Source: a virus
Reading direction: 5' to 3' (one strand)
Virus record (IMG/VR): IMGVR_UViG_3300049793_000099
Coordinates: 32,911-96,910 of that record
Length of the DNA: 64,000 bases
Made by a program: the position numbers and the translations under genes
Notes under the pieces: model-generated
Seen by the model: only the letters and a program-made list of their open reading frames with translations
Database searches by the model: none
Told to the model about the DNA's origin: nothing
Shown: positions 39,670 through 49,999 of the stretch, piece by piece
Position numbering within the stretch: the stretch's first letter is position 1
How the letters are laid out: each line of letters opens with the position of its first letter

Positions 39670-40389
39670 TTATTTTTGTTTGATAATTTCTTTAACACCA
39701 AAATTTTTATAAAATGTTTCTTGAGGATTAATATCAATTATCATACGATTCACAGCATTCATCATTGTTTCCATTTGATCCATATTTTTAATTATCATTG
39801 AATTAGTAACTTGTGCGGAATAATAATGACGTTTTTGTTCATAGTATTGAAACACTTTGTCTGTAATTTTACCCATTGACCACAATCCTTCAAGTGTTCT
39901 ATGAATAATATAATATTCTAAAGCAACTTTAAATGATTCATTATCAGGTATTAATGGATAGCCAAATTCATCCGTAACTAATGCCATATATGAAATTGTA
40001 ATCCAACCTTCTTTTATAGAAGAAGTTAAAATATTACTTTGAGTTATATATGTACATTCTTGATAATAAGAATTGCAATTCTTACTATTTTCAATATCTG
40101 TATGATAAATATTACTGGCATATCTCATTGCAACACCCAGAGTACATCCATCATTAGAATATTGAACACCTTTAATTGATATTAAATTATTTGGTAATGC
40201 TACTTTATAATTATTTAATTTTAAAGGTGGATTTGTAACTTTATCTTCAAAAGCTAAAGAAGCTCCTATTAATCTTAAATATTCAATTGCATATTCTGCA
40301 GCATCTTCATATTTTAAATCTTGTATAATTGGTTGTTTTAATACTTTCCATAGTATATTTCCTAGACTGCAAGTTTTTCCTGAAACCAT
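39670..40389 (-). CDS. Tail ring / tubular protein
   Basis: ISY....DE.GYPLIPD..SF..ALEYYI motif; position before the muzzle gene. Confidence 0.65.
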   Translation of the reverse strand: MVSGKTCSLGNILWKVLKQPIIQDLKYEDAAEYAIEYLRLIGASLAFEDKVTNPPLKLNNYKVALPNNLISIKGVQYSNDGCTLGVAMRYASNIYHTDIENSKNCNSYYQECTYITQSNILTSSIKEGWITISYMALVTDEFGYPLIPDNESFKVALEYYIIHRTLEGLWSMGKITDKVFQYYEQKRHYYSAQVTNSMIIKNMDQMETMMNAVNRMIIDINPQETFYKNFGVKEIIKQK

Positions 40390-40398
40390 CTTTTATAT

Positions 40399-40929
40399 TT
40401 AATATTGTTTATATGCTTCATAATTGTCTAAATTTGGATTTAATATTCTTTTAGCTAAAGTTCTTTGAAAAGAACGTGGCGGCTTATATCTAAAAAATCT
40501 CTTGTTTAAATAAGTTCCTTTACCTTTTAACATTAAAATTCTAAATACATATTTTGAAGTGTGATTATTTAAAAATCTAATGATCAACTTTTTCTCTTTA
40601 GCTTCCTCATCATTTTCCCATAATTGAGTTGTTGTTTTCCAATCAATTGGATGTGTATTTACAACTTTATTATCAACTAATTTAATACATCGTTTATTCT
40701 TTCTAATACAGAATGTAAATTTAGTTTTAATTGGTGTAAATTCTAAACCTTCGTTAATAATACTATCTACAATTCTTTTGTTAAAATCATAAACTATTTT
40801 ATCAAATAAAGTTTTGGATTTAGGGTCTTTAGATTTATATTTATAATAATTATAATAATCTTTGATACCAAAATCTGTATTTATTCGACCTTCCGATCTA
40901 ATGTTAATCATTATTTGCGTTATTTGCAT
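40399..40929 (-). CDS. IHF/HU-like protein of the crAss-like tail module
   Basis: Basic; PIDWKTT..LW, N.HT..Y and F.P.R...R.LA pattern; synteny. Confidence 0.55.
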   Translation of the reverse strand: MQITQIMINIRSEGRINTDFGIKDYYNYYKYKSKDPKSKTLFDKIVYDFNKRIVDSIINEGLEFTPIKTKFTFCIRKNKRCIKLVDNKVVNTHPIDWKTTTQLWENDEEAKEKKLIIRFLNNHTSKYVFRILMLKGKGTYLNKRFFRYKPPRSFQRTLAKRILNPNLDNYEAYKQY

Positions 40930-41587
40930 TATCTTCAGGTATATTTAAAGAACCTATAAGAGTTTGTATAATCTCATTTCTAATATTATCTATATGATGC
41001 GCTTGTAATGGATATTCTGTTTCATTTTCATCGAAACAAGGTTTAGAATCTTCACAATTACAACAATTTTTATAATTTTGTAATTCTAAAGGATCTTCAA
41101 ATATACCTGTAACTGTAATACAATCGATTAATTTGACTGTTTCAGATTTACTAATTAAATATATATATTTATCTGTATCTAAGAAAGCATATATTGATTC
41201 AGCAAAAGGTGAGTATTGACTCCAAACTGCTCTTTCTTTATTAACAAAATTAAAAGGTTTTGTTATTTTAACAGAAGGTTTAACCTCTGTTATAGCTGAT
41301 TTAAGATGTAATTCTAATGGGATGGGTATAGTAGTCTTAGATCTCATTATCGTGTCACAATCATAGTCTAAACCACATTCATTAACAGATACTTCTTCCA
41401 TATCCATACAAAATTTTTGCAATATTGAATTATCTATTAATTTTTGTAAATTATTTGCATCATTACGTAGATATTTACTACGTTTTAAATTATAAAGGTA
41501 TATAATATACCTATCGGAGTAACGGGTGTCATCTACAGTATCTCTAATAGCCGTTCTGACATCATAAATTAGTTTTTGTAATTTCAT
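40904..41587 (-). CDS. Tail ring / adaptor protein
   Basis: 227 aa; TGIFEDP and EYPL motifs, PED..N C-terminus; synteny. Confidence 0.6.
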   Translation of the reverse strand: MKLQKLIYDVRTAIRDTVDDTRYSDRYIIYLYNLKRSKYLRNDANNLQKLIDNSILQKFCMDMEEVSVNECGLDYDCDTIMRSKTTIPIPLELHLKSAITEVKPSVKITKPFNFVNKERAVWSQYSPFAESIYAFLDTDKYIYLISKSETVKLIDCITVTGIFEDPLELQNYKNCCNCEDSKPCFDENETEYPLQAHHIDNIRNEIIQTLIGSLNIPEDNANNANND

Positions 41588-41597
41588 ATGTATATAT

Positions 41598-41624
41598 AAA
41601 AAAACCCCTCACTAGGAGAGGTTT
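41598..41624 (-). terminator. Intrinsic terminator after the phosphoesterase gene
   Basis: Minus strand AAACCTCTC-CTAGT-GAGGGGTTT followed by a T-run. Confidence 0.75.
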
Positions 41625-41637
41625 ATGTTATTAATTA

Positions 41638-42570
41638 TTATAAATTCATCATTATATTTATTGGTACTTCACCTTGAAGAACTACTCCACATGCTATTGC
41701 GGGTTTAGGACCTTCTTTACCATAAGCCATTGCATAAGATTTATGATCAATACCGCATCCTACTTGCATTCCAAATAGTTTAAATTTAGCACCTACGCAC
41801 CAATCAATATAAGCTTGACTATGTAAATGACCTTGTACAATAGATTGTAAATCTCTACGAACTCTCGCTCTTGCAGTACCACCTTCGCCGTGAATGTATA
41901 ATACATCATCTATTTCAACTGATTCTGTAAAATTCCAATCTGGAGTTCCTAATACTTCAGCATAATCTTTAATCCATAGTTTAGACAGTCCGCTAGAATA
42001 AGCTTTACGCATTATCAATCTATCATGGTTACCTATAATTACTGTTGCTTTTGGAAAAGCTTTGTACCATTCTTTAATACGTTGTATAGCCATTTTAAGC
42101 TCTTGTCCAGCACTATATCCATCTGGATCAGTCTCATGATACGAACTTGCATGATTGTCTATTATATCACCTATAAATACCACTTCATTACATTTATATT
42201 TAGTATAAGTTTCTATACAATGAGATAAATAATTATCTAAACAAAATGGTTCATGTAAATCTCCAATAACTAAAACATTTTTACCAGATTTAAATTTTTT
42301 AACAAAAGATTCATCTGGAGTTAATGGATATTCTTGATGCTTAAAAGCATTCCTAAATACATCTTGTGAAGATTTAAAATCTTTATCTAATATAACTTTA
42401 AATGTCTCATGTCCTTTTCCAGGTTTAGATTTAAATTCTCTACGAATTTCACCTAGTGCTCGATAACATAAATTTTCATCACAATCTAATATTGTAGATA
42501 ATTTCTTGGAACCATATTTTATGTAACCCTGTTTTCCACGTAAAAATTCTTTAATATTTTCTAGTGTCAT
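41638..42570 (-). CDS. Calcineurin-like metallophosphoesterase with N-terminal HTH-like extension
   Basis: GDLH, IGD, GNHD, IHG and GHLH motifs all intact. Confidence 0.85.
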   Translation of the reverse strand: MTLENIKEFLRGKQGYIKYGSKKLSTILDCDENLCYRALGEIRREFKSKPGKGHETFKVILDKDFKSSQDVFRNAFKHQEYPLTPDESFVKKFKSGKNVLVIGDLHEPFCLDNYLSHCIETYTKYKCNEVVFIGDIIDNHASSYHETDPDGYSAGQELKMAIQRIKEWYKAFPKATVIIGNHDRLIMRKAYSSGLSKLWIKDYAEVLGTPDWNFTESVEIDDVLYIHGEGGTARARVRRDLQSIVQGHLHSQAYIDWCVGAKFKLFGMQVGCGIDHKSYAMAYGKEGPKPAIACGVVLQGEVPINIMMNL

Positions 42571-42594
42571 ATATAATATATTGATTAATAATTA

Positions 42595-42626
42595 CAAAGA
42601 TAATAAAATATTTTATAAATTCCTAA
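42595..42626 (-). promoter_or_regulatory. Bacteroidota sigma-A-type promoter
   Basis: Minus strand TTAG-N20-TATCTTTG, about 25 nt before the ATG at 42570. Confidence 0.7.
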
Positions 42627-42647
42627 TTTTTAAGTAATTATTTTATA

Positions 42648-42905
42648 TTATTTTTTGATATTAAATATTTTAAATTTATAATCTACAAAAACAATAGGTT
42701 GTTTTTGAAAATCAGATTCTAAAAATAATTGATCACATTTTACTTCAAATGTTTTAATTTTAACAATTACTGGTTTAATTAGTTTGTTTGAACAACTTCT
42801 TTGTGTAAATATAACCAATAACAATATGACTATAATAATATTTTGAATATTTTTTTTATAATTTCCATTATTTAATTTTAATATATTTCTCAACCTCTTA
42901 TCCAA
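42648..42905 (-). pseudogene. Probable internally deleted remnant of a membrane-anchored lysis accessory gene
   Basis: TM segment IIIVILLLVIF plus KPVIVKIKTFE resembles the N-terminus of the 203-aa protein at 48032-48643, then jumps to a C-terminal-like strand. Confidence 0.35.
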
Positions 42906-42979
42906 GTTATTGTTGTTATGTAAGAACTTGTTAGAATTAATCTACATAAAGTATTTGCTATATATTTTTCCACACACTC

Positions 42980-45900
42980 TTAATAAAAAATACTCCAATT
43001 TATATCTTCTAAAGTAATCGTATTATTTGAAGATGCTGTTCCCCATTGAACAGATAAACCAAATATATTTATAGCAGTAGTATCAATTGTTTTAGTACCA
43101 TTTGACGGTATTATAGATCCATCCGCAAATGCTCCTTCTTGAAATAAAGTTGCTATATGTGAATTACATGTACCACTTACCCCTACACTTCTTATAGTAA
43201 TTTCAAAATTAATATATGTGCCCGTATTAGTACTAGCTGTAACAGTTCTTGCCGCTGTAGCACTAAAAGTAGTAGTTCCTGCCGAACCTCCTTTACTTTT
43301 AATAGTTAAGGTAGGGGTAAGAACAGCAGATTGTATTAACCAAGCTGTAGCTTTAATTCTACTTCCTACCCTTAAAGTATTAGCTGCTACAGATAATTGA
43401 ATATTTGTTCCTGTAAACAAGGTTTCAGTTGTAGTATTTGCTACGCTATTACTATTAACTGAATTAGATAGTTGTACATTATCGTGAGGAGAATTATTTA
43501 CTATACCTGTCCCTCTATTAGATCTAAGTTGCCAATTTGGTGTAATTTGACTTAAACCATTTAAGTATGTACCTACTCCTATAAAGTCACAATCAGATAA
43601 TACAGCATTAGTTACTGTAGGTGTACCTATAGATATACCTGTTTGTGTAGTAGCAATATCGAATTCATTTCTTGATATTTTTAACTGTTTAAATATACCC
43701 GAAGGAATACTAATACAAGTTATAGTACTTATATTACCTTCCCATAGTCCATCAGCTATATTAACAAAATTACAAGTACCTTGTATAGTAATTCCAGCAC
43801 TACAATTTATTACAAGAGTCTTACTAGAGATTAAAATATCCACCCCATTAATTGTTCCTAAAGATTTACAACTTCCGTAGATAATATCTCTAAACTCAAC
43901 CTTATTTGTACTACCAGTAAAATTATATACAGATCCTCCCGTTGTAATAGCCGCTAAAGTTAAAAAAGCAATACTACAATCTTTATTTGCATTAATCAAC
44001 ATACCACTAGTTCCAGTATATATTAGTTGGTCACTAGATTTATCAACTCCATATATTAAATTAGAAGTATTAAATGTGAGAGTATTTGTACCAATATTAA
44101 CTGCTCCATTTATCTGATATGCTGTATTTGCAACAAGTGTTATATTACCTCCTGATGGTGTTGGAAAATCGGATAAAGATTTTATTAATACTGTATTAAT
44201 ATTTGACGCACTATATACCGTCTGTAATGTTGGTATAAATGTACCAACAGATTGATTATTTTGAATATCCATAAATAAATAATCAGTTCCTACTGTACCT
44301 CCTGACCAAGTAGTACTCTTTTTAAATATTATCCAACCAATTGCAATACCATTTCTTAGACCATTAGGGGAATCAATATAAATATCTGTACTAGTACCTG
44401 CTATAGCTTTATCAATATTGTCATATTGATGCTGTCCTCTTTGGATTCTTATTATACTTGATGGATATTTCCAGACTTTAGCTGCACCGAATTTACCACC
44501 TGCTAAAGTTGTTGTAACTCCTGCTATATCAATATTAGTTACATCAAAAGTTTGAGTATTAGAACCTTCAACATCAGTTTGATTTCTCATTCTAAAAGTA
44601 GCATCTGTTGCACCAGTTAAAGTAAATATAGGTCTTTTACTATTACCCCCTCCCCCATTTTTAATAACTAATCCACCCGTATGTGATAGTCTAGTACCTG
44701 TAGTTCCCACACTTACTAAATTTGAGTTAAATTTTTTTCTAAAACCATCAAATTCTAATAATTGATGTAATTGAACACTTAGTCCATCTGCATACATTGG
44801 TAAAAAATTTATAACATTTAAGTTAATTAAATTAGAGTGGACTAAAACCCATGTACCTATAATACTATCGTAAGTAGTTGGATCAGGTGGAGTTAAACTT
44901 TGAATTACGACACCCAAATTATTTATAGTAACAAAGCTTTCAGTCTGTGTTCCTAAAAAAGTTACAGTTTGTGCAGTTAAATTTACATTTATAGTTGTAG
45001 AGATAAAAGTATTAGGATCTACTATTTCTCCTATAACTTGTATATCAAACTTAGTATCATCTCCTCCATTTATTACAATTCCCGTACCACTAATTACTCT
45101 AGTTGATTGTAGATAATTAGATTGCTGTTGTAATAGGCTTAAAGCATTTTGTATAGTTGTAGTTATACTAATTCTAGCCCAAGTTATACTAGAATTAAAT
45201 CCTGTTAATACTGTAGCTCTAACATCTGTTGCTAAGTCCCTAAAGGTTTTAATGCCAGACCAAAAATCTGTTACACTTCCTGAACCCGTAATTGTAGACT
45301 CTTTAGTATCTATTTGTGCCTGTATAGAACTTGTAATACCAGTTAAATAACTTAATTCAGTTGGTGTGATACTTGAACTAATAATATCTTTATTAACATC
45401 TAAATATGGAACAGTATTAGCAGTTCCAGAACTAAATCTTGGTGCAATAGTAAATGTGATCTTAGCTGTAAATGTTTGAACTAAAGTCTTAATCTTAGTC
45501 CAACCTAAATAAAATTTCTTAGCTGTTACTATTTTAGCATCATCTATTGTTGCTTCATCCTCTATTATAGCTTGTGTTACAATTTGTGCAGTACCTCTAT
45601 TACTTATAGTAGCTTGTTGAGTATTATAAGAGGATATATGCCAATTAGTATTTGTCTGTCCAGGAGAATTAACTAACGCTCGTATTAAATCTCCCATATC
45701 AACGGAAATTCCTCCTAGAACTCCCGCTATATCAATTTCATATTGATCTCCTTTTAATATAGCGCCTGCAACTCCAGAACCATTTAATGTTGGAAAAAGA
45801 TTAGAACTAGCATCATATCCTCCCCGATCCTCTACTAATCCTAGAACTAAACTATCTGAATAAGAGTTGGCTGTATTTAGTATATCTGATAGACTAACAT

Positions 45901-46000
45901 TATCTACATTCTCTAAACCAACTGTACTTCTATCAATATCTATATTACCTACTTCATCAGAAGGTATGTTATTTATTTGATTAAGTGTATACTTTTCCAT
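42980..46000 (-). CDS. Tail fibre/spike with probable beta-helix
   Basis: 1006 aa, Thr/Gly/Ser/Ile-rich; VGLENVDN fibre motif; beta-helix-like C-terminal half. Confidence 0.75.
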   Translation of the reverse strand: MEKYTLNQINNIPSDEVGNIDIDRSTVGLENVDNVSLSDILNTANSYSDSLVLGLVEDRGGYDASSNLFPTLNGSGVAGAILKGDQYEIDIAGVLGGISVDMGDLIRALVNSPGQTNTNWHISSYNTQQATISNRGTAQIVTQAIIEDEATIDDAKIVTAKKFYLGWTKIKTLVQTFTAKITFTIAPRFSSGTANTVPYLDVNKDIISSSITPTELSYLTGITSSIQAQIDTKESTITGSGSVTDFWSGIKTFRDLATDVRATVLTGFNSSITWARISITTTIQNALSLLQQQSNYLQSTRVISGTGIVINGGDDTKFDIQVIGEIVDPNTFISTTINVNLTAQTVTFLGTQTESFVTINNLGVVIQSLTPPDPTTYDSIIGTWVLVHSNLINLNVINFLPMYADGLSVQLHQLLEFDGFRKKFNSNLVSVGTTGTRLSHTGGLVIKNGGGGNSKRPIFTLTGATDATFRMRNQTDVEGSNTQTFDVTNIDIAGVTTTLAGGKFGAAKVWKYPSSIIRIQRGQHQYDNIDKAIAGTSTDIYIDSPNGLRNGIAIGWIIFKKSTTWSGGTVGTDYLFMDIQNNQSVGTFIPTLQTVYSASNINTVLIKSLSDFPTPSGGNITLVANTAYQINGAVNIGTNTLTFNTSNLIYGVDKSSDQLIYTGTSGMLINANKDCSIAFLTLAAITTGGSVYNFTGSTNKVEFRDIIYGSCKSLGTINGVDILISSKTLVINCSAGITIQGTCNFVNIADGLWEGNISTITCISIPSGIFKQLKISRNEFDIATTQTGISIGTPTVTNAVLSDCDFIGVGTYLNGLSQITPNWQLRSNRGTGIVNNSPHDNVQLSNSVNSNSVANTTTETLFTGTNIQLSVAANTLRVGSRIKATAWLIQSAVLTPTLTIKSKGGSAGTTTFSATAARTVTASTNTGTYINFEITIRSVGVSGTCNSHIATLFQEGAFADGSIIPSNGTKTIDTTAINIFGLSVQWGTASSNNTITLEDINWSIFY

Positions 46001-46011
46001 AATTATATAAA

Positions 46012-48006
46012 TTAGTCAGTTATAGCTGCAATTACCAAAACATCACTATTATTATAGTACTGTAATCTAGGAGTTCCATCAGGTCTACTATATATAGTTT
46101 TAGTATATAAGTTAGAAAGGATAGTAGCAGTTGCACTACCAAATATAGTGATAGTGGCAGTATTAAATGTAGTTTGTTGTATATAACCTATGATTGCTGA
46201 AGGTATATTTATACTTGATCTATTAAATACGCACTCAACAAGAGACATATTAGAAAATAATGAAGTTATCTGACTAGAATTAAAAGTATTTGCCCATATT
46301 TGACAATTACTTATGTAACTATTTGTAATGGCACTCTGTCCCACAGTACTTTTATTATATACAAGATCTACACCACTTAATTGATTCCCGCTCATATACA
46401 TATTAGTAAAATCATTACTCTTTATAGTTGTATATAAATCAAAAGAATTATCATATATATATGATCCTTGTACAAAATTATTAAGATAAAATTCCACTCC
46501 CCTAAAATTAATATTATCTACATAAGAGTTCAATATTTTATTTGACCCCATTCCAACAGCTATAAGATAATTATGTGCATCATTTCCAAATTGAAATACA
46601 TTTATCGATGATTCGTCTAATTGTAATGCTACTATATCATTTTTTGTACAAACTACATCATTGTCTCCTAAAACTTCATACCTTCTAATTATTAAATCAT
46701 TATCATAATCATACTCTATTATATCGTAGGCTTGATTGTAATTACTAGTAGAGTATATATTTTTTATCCATTCTGAATTTAGAGTCAAAGAATTAGTTTT
46801 ATTTCCCAATAATCCATTTACATTAGTCCAAGAATATCCTCCCCATATTACTTTATCTCCTATACTATAAGTTTGTATTACTACACTACCTATATCCGCA
46901 GTAGTCCCACTAACATTACCTGTTATACTTATTGCTGTACTCCAATCCCCCGTTAATATTAAAAACAATCCTGTTTGTTCATTATTAAATAATTTACCTG
47001 TTGCTCCATTATTTGCTGTGATAAGTTCATTTGCGTTAAATGTTCCTACAATATTAGAAGCATTAAACGAACTAAGATTTGTCCATATACCATATCCATC
47101 TATTGATTTATTATACTTAGGATTCCAAAATTCTCCATGCCCTTCTTTAGTTAAACTTATGGGAGTCAAAGCTCGTAAATATATTGTAGTTCCTAGTGTA
47201 GTTCCATCATCATATAATGCGGGATGTACTCCTGTAATCTTATATATTGCTCCTGGTATTAAACCATTAACAGGGTCTAGTATTCCAGCAGCAATTATAT
47301 CATATATCTCTAGTATAGTTTTTTCTACCTGTAGAGTACTACTAATATCCCCTAAGGTAGCTAAAGTATAAGTTCCTGCTATTGGTGGTGCTGGAAGTTT
47401 TAAATACACATTATCTATAGTAGGAGCAGTAAAACTGAGTTCTGTAAAATTACCATCTATAGCTAATTCAAAACGTGGAATTCCTGATTGAGTTGATATT
47501 TCTCCTCGTGTTTCCACTCCATCTTCTACACTATTAGAATTTATAATGACATATGTCTCTCCAAGATTAAACTGTCCTAAAGTGTGATTAGTTTCATCAG
47601 TAGTTACTGAAGAAAATATACCTACCTGTCTATTTTTTTCTTCATCGTCTTCAAAAAGGTTAATACCTTGCTCACCTTCTGCATTTAAAAATGAACTAAA
47701 CCCAGATGTATCCAATACACTTTGTAAACCCTGAGAATCTCCACCACTTCCAGAATTAGATAATAATTCTAAATCATTTTCATCAAGAATTAGCTCTGTT
47801 TCTGCTAATGAAGAATTTAATTCATTTTTAAAATTTTTAATATTAAAAATTTCTCCAGTGTCAGTAAATTTAATTAAAGGTATTTGATATTTATATACAA
47901 AATAATCTAAATTATTATTTAGAAAATCTGTAGAAATAATTTCGATAATTTTAAGATTTACATTATCATTAATAGTATCTAATATTTTATTTAGTATTAA
48001 TCTCAT
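46012..48006 (-). CDS. Tail fibre/spike protein
   Basis: 664 aa; GSGG linker, LQSVLD motif, Asn-ladder beta-helix-like C-terminus. Confidence 0.7.
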   Translation of the reverse strand: MRLILNKILDTINDNVNLKIIEIISTDFLNNNLDYFVYKYQIPLIKFTDTGEIFNIKNFKNELNSSLAETELILDENDLELLSNSGSGGDSQGLQSVLDTSGFSSFLNAEGEQGINLFEDDEEKNRQVGIFSSVTTDETNHTLGQFNLGETYVIINSNSVEDGVETRGEISTQSGIPRFELAIDGNFTELSFTAPTIDNVYLKLPAPPIAGTYTLATLGDISSTLQVEKTILEIYDIIAAGILDPVNGLIPGAIYKITGVHPALYDDGTTLGTTIYLRALTPISLTKEGHGEFWNPKYNKSIDGYGIWTNLSSFNASNIVGTFNANELITANNGATGKLFNNEQTGLFLILTGDWSTAISITGNVSGTTADIGSVVIQTYSIGDKVIWGGYSWTNVNGLLGNKTNSLTLNSEWIKNIYSTSNYNQAYDIIEYDYDNDLIIRRYEVLGDNDVVCTKNDIVALQLDESSINVFQFGNDAHNYLIAVGMGSNKILNSYVDNINFRGVEFYLNNFVQGSYIYDNSFDLYTTIKSNDFTNMYMSGNQLSGVDLVYNKSTVGQSAITNSYISNCQIWANTFNSSQITSLFSNMSLVECVFNRSSINIPSAIIGYIQQTTFNTATITIFGSATATILSNLYTKTIYSRPDGTPRLQYYNNSDVLVIAAITD

Positions 48007-48031
48007 ATTTATTTTATATTAATTATTTTTA

Positions 48032-48643
48032 TTATAGTTTTAAATTAATTAAATATCCAACTTGAATCGATTTATCAAATATTCCATAAGAGGTTAATAT
48101 AACATCTCCATTTTTACGTTGAATACCTAAATTAGCATTAATATTAAATTTATTTAATTCAACATTATTTGATATTGTACCACCTAATAATAAATTTATT
48201 GTTGGTTTTTTAATTTCAACAGGAATATCTAAACTTCTTTGTTTAATAAACCAATTATATTTTAAAGATTTTAATTCACCTTGAACTTCCACATCTCCTA
48301 CAATCTTAATAGTATCATTTTCAAAAGGAATTTGGTATTTTCTAACCGCTATTGATTTTATATATTCTTTTAGACGTTCAGTTTCTGATTCTAAATTAAT
48401 ATATTTATCTGCTAATTCTTTATTAAACGGATTTTCCATGACAATTAAACTATCTTTATATATCAAACTATCTTTAAGTTGTATTAGTGGCTTAGGATTG
48501 CTTATAATAGGTGATTTTCCAAATATTTCTGGTATAGTTACTTTAACAACTTTAGTTTCTGTAGGAGATGTCCATCTACCTATGAAAAAAGATATTAATA
48601 AAGCAGTTATTCCAATTATGATATATTTTATATTACTAATCAT
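48032..48643 (-). CDS. Membrane-anchored lysis accessory (spanin-like) protein
   Basis: N-terminal TM helix and beta-rich C-terminus; coupled to the endolysin stop. Confidence 0.5.
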   Translation of the reverse strand: MISNIKYIIIGITALLISFFIGRWTSPTETKVVKVTIPEIFGKSPIISNPKPLIQLKDSLIYKDSLIVMENPFNKELADKYINLESETERLKEYIKSIAVRKYQIPFENDTIKIVGDVEVQGELKSLKYNWFIKQRSLDIPVEIKKPTINLLLGGTISNNVELNKFNINANLGIQRKNGDVILTSYGIFDKSIQVGYLINLKL

Positions 48644-49143
48644 TATATAAATATTTTTTTATATTGTGTAAGATGATCTTGTCTTTCTTTTAATCCATTA
48701 TAACCACCATTAATTTTTTTAGTAATAGTTTTAATATCGTCTAAATCTGCAAATTGATTAAGTTTTCTTTTATTCCAAAACCATAATGCACTCACCATAG
48801 CATTAACTTCTTGTTCTAATAATTCAGGATTATTAACAAAATCAATTCCTGTATCTTTAGTTAATTCTTTATAATTAGATAATCCTGTAATTTGGATATA
48901 CCCTCTTCCTTTATATTTTTGACCATCGTTATCATCTTCAGGAGTATTACCTAATCTTTTTGCAAGTTCGCCTGTATCGTATTTATCTAAATATATCTCA
49001 CTACCCAATTCTTTTAAAAATTTAAAATCTCCACTTTCATGTGAAATTTGTGCAAAAAAATGAGATAATCTTAATGGTGTTGTAATATTATATTTAGTAA
49101 GTAATGATTTATATTTATTACTTAATTCTAATACTTTATTCAT
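48643..49143 (-). CDS. Endolysin, glycoside hydrolase family 19
   Basis: FFAQISHES, YKGRGYIQITG..NY, SALWFW and ITKKINGG.NGL..R. Confidence 0.92.
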   Translation of the reverse strand: MNKVLELSNKYKSLLTKYNITTPLRLSHFFAQISHESGDFKFLKELGSEIYLDKYDTGELAKRLGNTPEDDNDGQKYKGRGYIQITGLSNYKELTKDTGIDFVNNPELLEQEVNAMVSALWFWNKRKLNQFADLDDIKTITKKINGGYNGLKERQDHLTQYKKIFI

Positions 49144-49145
49144 AA

Positions 49146-49334
49146 TTATTTACTTTTATATTTATAATAAGGATCATTTAAAATTTTATTAATTTCAATT
49201 AAACCTTGTTCTGTTTTATCTAAACTTTTTTTAATTTCTAAAGTCTCCTCTTCTAAAGTTAATTTAGTATTTTGATTATAACTTGTACATATTAAAAAAA
49301 TAAATGAAATAAATATTATTTTTAATTTCTTCAT
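49146..49334 (-). CDS. Small exported/lipoprotein-like protein (o-spanin candidate)
   Basis: MKKLK plus hydrophobic stretch plus Cys16 (non-canonical lipobox), then a short coiled coil; ATGA overlap with the upstream gene. Confidence 0.4.
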   Translation of the reverse strand: MKKLKIIFISFIFLICTSYNQNTKLTLEEETLEIKKSLDKTEQGLIEINKILNDPYYKYKSK

Positions 49335-49702
49335 TGTCCTAATTTTTTACGTATATTATCTAAATCTCTTTCCAATTTATTAGCTTTTTCTTTCAATTCT
49401 TTATTGTAATTATCTCTAAGATTATCTAATTCAGCTTTATTTTCAATATCTTTATTTTTTTCAGCTTCTCTAATTGCTTTTAAATAATCTTTACTATCTG
49501 ATAAATTTAAAGCTTTTTGAACATCTAATTTATTATTTGTTTCAATTTCTATATTTTCAGCATTAATCATTCTCGAATAACAAAAGAAACATGCCGCTGC
49601 CAATATAATATTTAAAATTAACGATAGAACCCAAGATCTATTTTTAGGTTCTATATCAATAACTTTAACTAACACATCTTTTGCATCTCCACTATCTATC
49701 AT
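49331..49702 (-). CDS. Single-TM coiled-coil protein (i-spanin or holin candidate)
   Basis: TM WVLSLILNIILAAACFFCY followed by a long heptad region; next to the endolysin. Confidence 0.5.
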   Translation of the reverse strand: MIDSGDAKDVLVKVIDIEPKNRSWVLSLILNIILAAACFFCYSRMINAENIEIETNNKLDVQKALNLSDSKDYLKAIREAEKNKDIENKAELDNLRDNYNKELKEKANKLERDLDNIRKKLGQ

Positions 49703-49999
49703 ATATTTATTTTAATTTTTTTAGTTATTACTATTAATTTAGATAGTGTAAAGGTTGTAATATTTTTCATAGTAGGTTTTTAATAATATTTATATTTAAT
49801 TGTTATTAAGATAGGTTAATTTTAAAAAGCCATTTGTAATTTGTTATCAGCTTGATTTATTTCTGAACATTTTGTATCGTAATAGAAGATATTCCATTGT
49901 TTATAAAAACAGTATGATTGTTATTCTCATTAACAATTGTGTAATTTATTGTTATTACTTTTAATATTTATCTTTTTTTTTACAATTTATAAAATTCGC

